Positions 61,777 to 64,000 of a stretch of DNA of 64,000 bases are shown piece by piece; position 1 is the first letter of the stretch; each line of letters opens with the position of its first letter. Source of the stretch: Neorhizobium sp. (GTDB lineage: Bacteria; Pseudomonadota; Alphaproteobacteria; Rhizobiales; Rhizobiaceae); contig CBDDGK010000057.1 of NCBI GenBank assembly GCA_965227625.1, forward strand, positions 15,543-79,542, in the 5' to 3' direction. The notes under the pieces are model-generated. The model did not search any database, was not told the DNA's origin, and saw only the letters and a program-made list of their open reading frames with translations. Both the position numbers and the translations under genes were made by a program.

Positions 61777-62289
61777 ATGTCCGAACAGGGATTGAACACT
61801 GTCAGTTTCGCCGGCCGCGCCGCTGCGTCTTCGCAGTTCAAGGCGTTGTACTCGGAAGGCATGGCGCTGGTTGAAGAAACCGCGAGCTACCTCGACGGTA
61901 CCGGCCGCACCGCTTCCAAGGTTCTGCCGCGCATGGCTTCGGTGCTCTACGCAGCGGAATCGATGCGCCTGACCACCCGCCTGATGCAGATGGCCTCCTG
62001 GCTCCTGCTGCAGCGCGCCGTCAACAACGGCGAGATGAGCCGCGAACAGGTCCTTTCCGAGAAGAACAAGGTACGCCTCGACGGTTTCAACGTCGACCGC
62101 AACGCGCCGGGCTGGCTCGACCTTCCGGAAGGCTTCCGTGACCTCGTCGAGCGCTCGCTGCGCCTCCAGAACCGCATTGCCCTTCTCGACCGCGAAATCT
62201 ATCGCCCGGCCGAAGCCGCCGTGCAGCCGGACAACGAAAACAGCGTCCGCGCCCAACAGAACCTGCTCCAGACCGCCTTCGGCGGCTGA
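61777..62289 (+). CDS. rcdA: Regulator of CtrA degradation RcdA (DUF1465)
   Basis: EGMALVEETASYLDG and ESMRLTTRLMQMASWLLLQRAV. Confidence 0.92.
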   Translation: MSEQGLNTVSFAGRAAASSQFKALYSEGMALVEETASYLDGTGRTASKVLPRMASVLYAAESMRLTTRLMQMASWLLLQRAVNNGEMSREQVLSEKNKVRLDGFNVDRNAPGWLDLPEGFRDLVERSLRLQNRIALLDREIYRPAEAAVQPDNENSVRAQQNLLQTAFGG

Positions 62290-62312
62290 TCATAAAATCT
62301 TCGGAATTTTAG

Positions 62313-62339
62313 AAAGGCAGGCCTCGCGCCTGCCTTTTT
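62313..62339. terminator. Terminator after rcdA
   Basis: AAAGGCAGGC-CTCGC-GCCTGCCTTTTT. Confidence 0.8.
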
Positions 62340-62368
62340 CGTTTAGGCAGTGGAGCGCATTCCAGACC

Positions 62369-62797
62369 TCAGTCTCGTTTCAGACCTACCGTCTTTTTCG
62401 CTTTCGCAAGTTCAAGAAATCTAGCCCGCACAACAGCAAACAAGCCCGGCGATATAAAGCCGTAGCTGAACACACCTTCCTTGCCTGGTATCGCGGAAAG
62501 GCCTCCATTCGGCCATTCATCGACATTGTGCTCTGAAACGGCAATCCAGCTCGGCTCATCGTCGAGACCCAGAAATGCTTTCACTTTGGCGGGGATTTCG
62601 ATGCAGATCGTCTCCCCTGCCGGAGGACTATGGGTGATCGGCAACAGCACCACATAACGTGGACGAGCTGAACTGTCGCTCGCAGCCACAAGACATGCCG
62701 GCCGGTCTTTGCCCTGGCTTCGCCCCGATGCTGCGTCATGCGTCCAGACATAGTCAGAGCGAATGACGAGTCCCGGCGTTGGATCAGGGAGCGCCAT
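62369..62797 (-). CDS. PemK/MazF-like toxin
   Basis: PGLVIR.DYVW...GKDRPACLV...LLPITHSPP. Confidence 0.75.
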   Translation of the reverse strand: MALPDPTPGLVIRSDYVWTHDAASGRSQGKDRPACLVAASDSSARPRYVVLLPITHSPPAGETICIEIPAKVKAFLGLDDEPSWIAVSEHNVDEWPNGGLSAIPGKEGVFSYGFISPGLFAVVRARFLELAKAKKTVGLKRD

Positions 62798-62806
62798 CTA
62801 AAGCGA

Positions 62807-63061
62807 CTACTTCAAAAGATCGTCGAGCTGAGCGTGTTCGGCATCCATCTCCGCGCGCTCTACCGCATCGACGACGATATCCAACACATCCTTCGTCGCA
62901 TGCGACCGCTGCGCCGCGGCCTTCAGCCAATCATATTGGTCTGCCGACATGAGAACGAATTCGCGCCGACCATGTCGGGTGATTTCAACCGGTTCCCGTT
63001 GCGCCTGATGTTGGACTTCGCCAAACCGGCGCTGGAATTCGAGCGAGCTAACTCTTGCCAT
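62807..63061 (-). CDS. Phd/YefM family antitoxin
   Basis: MARVSSLEFQRRFGEVQHQAQREPVEITRHGRREFVLMSADQY. Confidence 0.88.
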   Translation of the reverse strand: MARVSSLEFQRRFGEVQHQAQREPVEITRHGRREFVLMSADQYDWLKAAAQRSHATKDVLDIVVDAVERAEMDAEHAQLDDLLK

Positions 63062-63086
63062 CAGAACACCTTGCCGCGAGATATTC

Positions 63087-63104
63087 GAATTATACGTATA
63101 ATTC
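63087..63104. promoter_or_regulatory. Probable TA operator
   Basis: Perfect 18-bp palindrome GAATTATACGTATAATTC, 25 bp upstream of the antitoxin start. Confidence 0.7.
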
Positions 63105-63201
63105 AGACAAAGACAACGACCGGCCGCCGGCACTGGAAAGCACAAAACACAAAAAAGCCCGGCTTGCGCCAGGCTTCCTGTCTGATAGGTCCAGAAGCGT
63201 A

Positions 63202-63423
63202 TTAGAGGCCGAGGCCGCCGAAACGCTTGTTGAACTTGGAAACGCGGCCACCGCGGTCCAGCATCTGCTGGTTGCCGCCGGTCCAAGCCGGATGCGACTT
63301 CGGATCGATTTCCAGGTTCATGGTGGCGCCTTCCGAACCCCAGGTCGAGCGGGTTTCGTATTCGGTGCCGTCGGTCATGACGACCTTGATGATGTGGTAG
63401 TCGGGATGGATGCCAGCCTTCAT
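63202..63423 (-). CDS. rpmE: 50S ribosomal protein L31
   Basis: [10 protein letters not shown]...HPAWTGG...[11 protein letters not shown]. Confidence 0.97.
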   Translation of the reverse strand: MKAGIHPDYHIIKVVMTDGTEYETRSTWGSEGATMNLEIDPKSHPAWTGGNQQMLDRGGRVSKFNKRFGGLGL

Positions 63424-63596
63424 GTCGATGTTCCTGCTCTGCGAGGTCCATTTGTCGCAATTGCGAGCGAGAAACCTCTTTAATAAATGAAGCCGCAGAC
63501 CGGCCCGGCCACGGCTTCCCAATTGGATGCGGAGCCTATACAGGAAGGGCGCGGCAAGTACAAGTACCCGTACGCTGTGAAAAGCGCCCCAGAAGC

Positions 63597-64000
63597 ATGA
63601 CGAAATCCGAGGGAAAATTGTCCGACGCCCCCAATACCCAGCCCGCAGAAACGAAGGCAAGAGGCAGGGCGCTGAGACCCCTCGCAAGACTGCTTCCCTA
63701 TCTTTCCCGCTATCGGCGCATGGTCGGGTTCGCAACCTTCTTCCTCGTGCTGGCCGCAGCCACGACGCTCGCGCTGCCGCTTGCCGTGCGGCGCATGGTC
63801 GACCACGGCTTTGCCTCCGCCGACGGCCATTTCATCAACAACTATTTCGGCATGCTCTTTGTGCTCGCGACGCTTCTCGCGGTCGCCAGCGCCATGCGTT
63901 ATTATTACGTCATCACGATCGGCGAGCGGGTAGTGGCGGATCTGCGCCGTGAGGTTTTCGCGCATATCGCCCGTCTGTCGCCCTCCTTCTATGACGTCAA
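63597..64000 (+). CDS. ABC transporter fused permease/ATPase, MsbA-related (partial)
   Basis: Manual translation ...[11 protein letters not shown]...[16 protein letters not shown]...[25 protein letters not shown]. Confidence 0.88.
   Translation, partial: MTKSEGKLSDAPNTQPAETKARGRALRPLARLLPYLSRYRRMVGFATFFLVLAAATTLALPLAVRRMVDHGFASADGHFINNYFGMLFVLATLLAVASAMRYYYVITIGERVVADLRREVFAHIARLSPSFYDV

Noticed and set aside
62807-63460. 217-aa ORF joining the rpmE region to the Phd antitoxin
   Set aside because: It crosses the rpmE terminator and the TA operator; the antitoxin has its own start at 63061.

Overview
Core chromosomal region of a GC-rich Rhizobiaceae bacterium (Rhizobium/Agrobacterium-like; taxon inferred from gene order and protein sequences). 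Conserved backbone: tRNA-Met, mnmA, serC-serA (with the serC leader RNA), glmM, ftsH, tilS, the ybgC-tolQRAB-pal-cpoB cluster, ruvCAB, yebC, ymdB/ygfA, 6S RNA, zapA, tkt-gap-cvrA-pgk-fba, rcdA and rpmE. Accessory material is inserted into it: (1) a 277-bp highly structured MITE-like element with perfect 35-bp terminal inverted repeats (236-512), whose end matches a RIME/BRU-RS-like repeat at 59138-59243; (2) three type II toxin-antitoxin pairs inside core gene clusters, one of them a vapBC pair placed between a perfect alphaproteobacterial LexA box and ruvAB; (3) an arsR-aqpS-arsC-arsK cluster with a divergent Cys-rich DUF6428-like gene, located between gap and pgk; (4) a two-gene DUF2945 plus DUF3140-like operon behind an exact EcfG/RpoE2 promoter; (5) a signalling block that separates 6S RNA from ygfA; (6) a chemoreceptor with a degenerate signalling tip; (7) a candidate CtrA-controlled sRNA upstream of rcdA. 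No CRISPR array, rRNA, integrase or transposase was seen. All family assignments come from motif recognition by eye, not from database searches.
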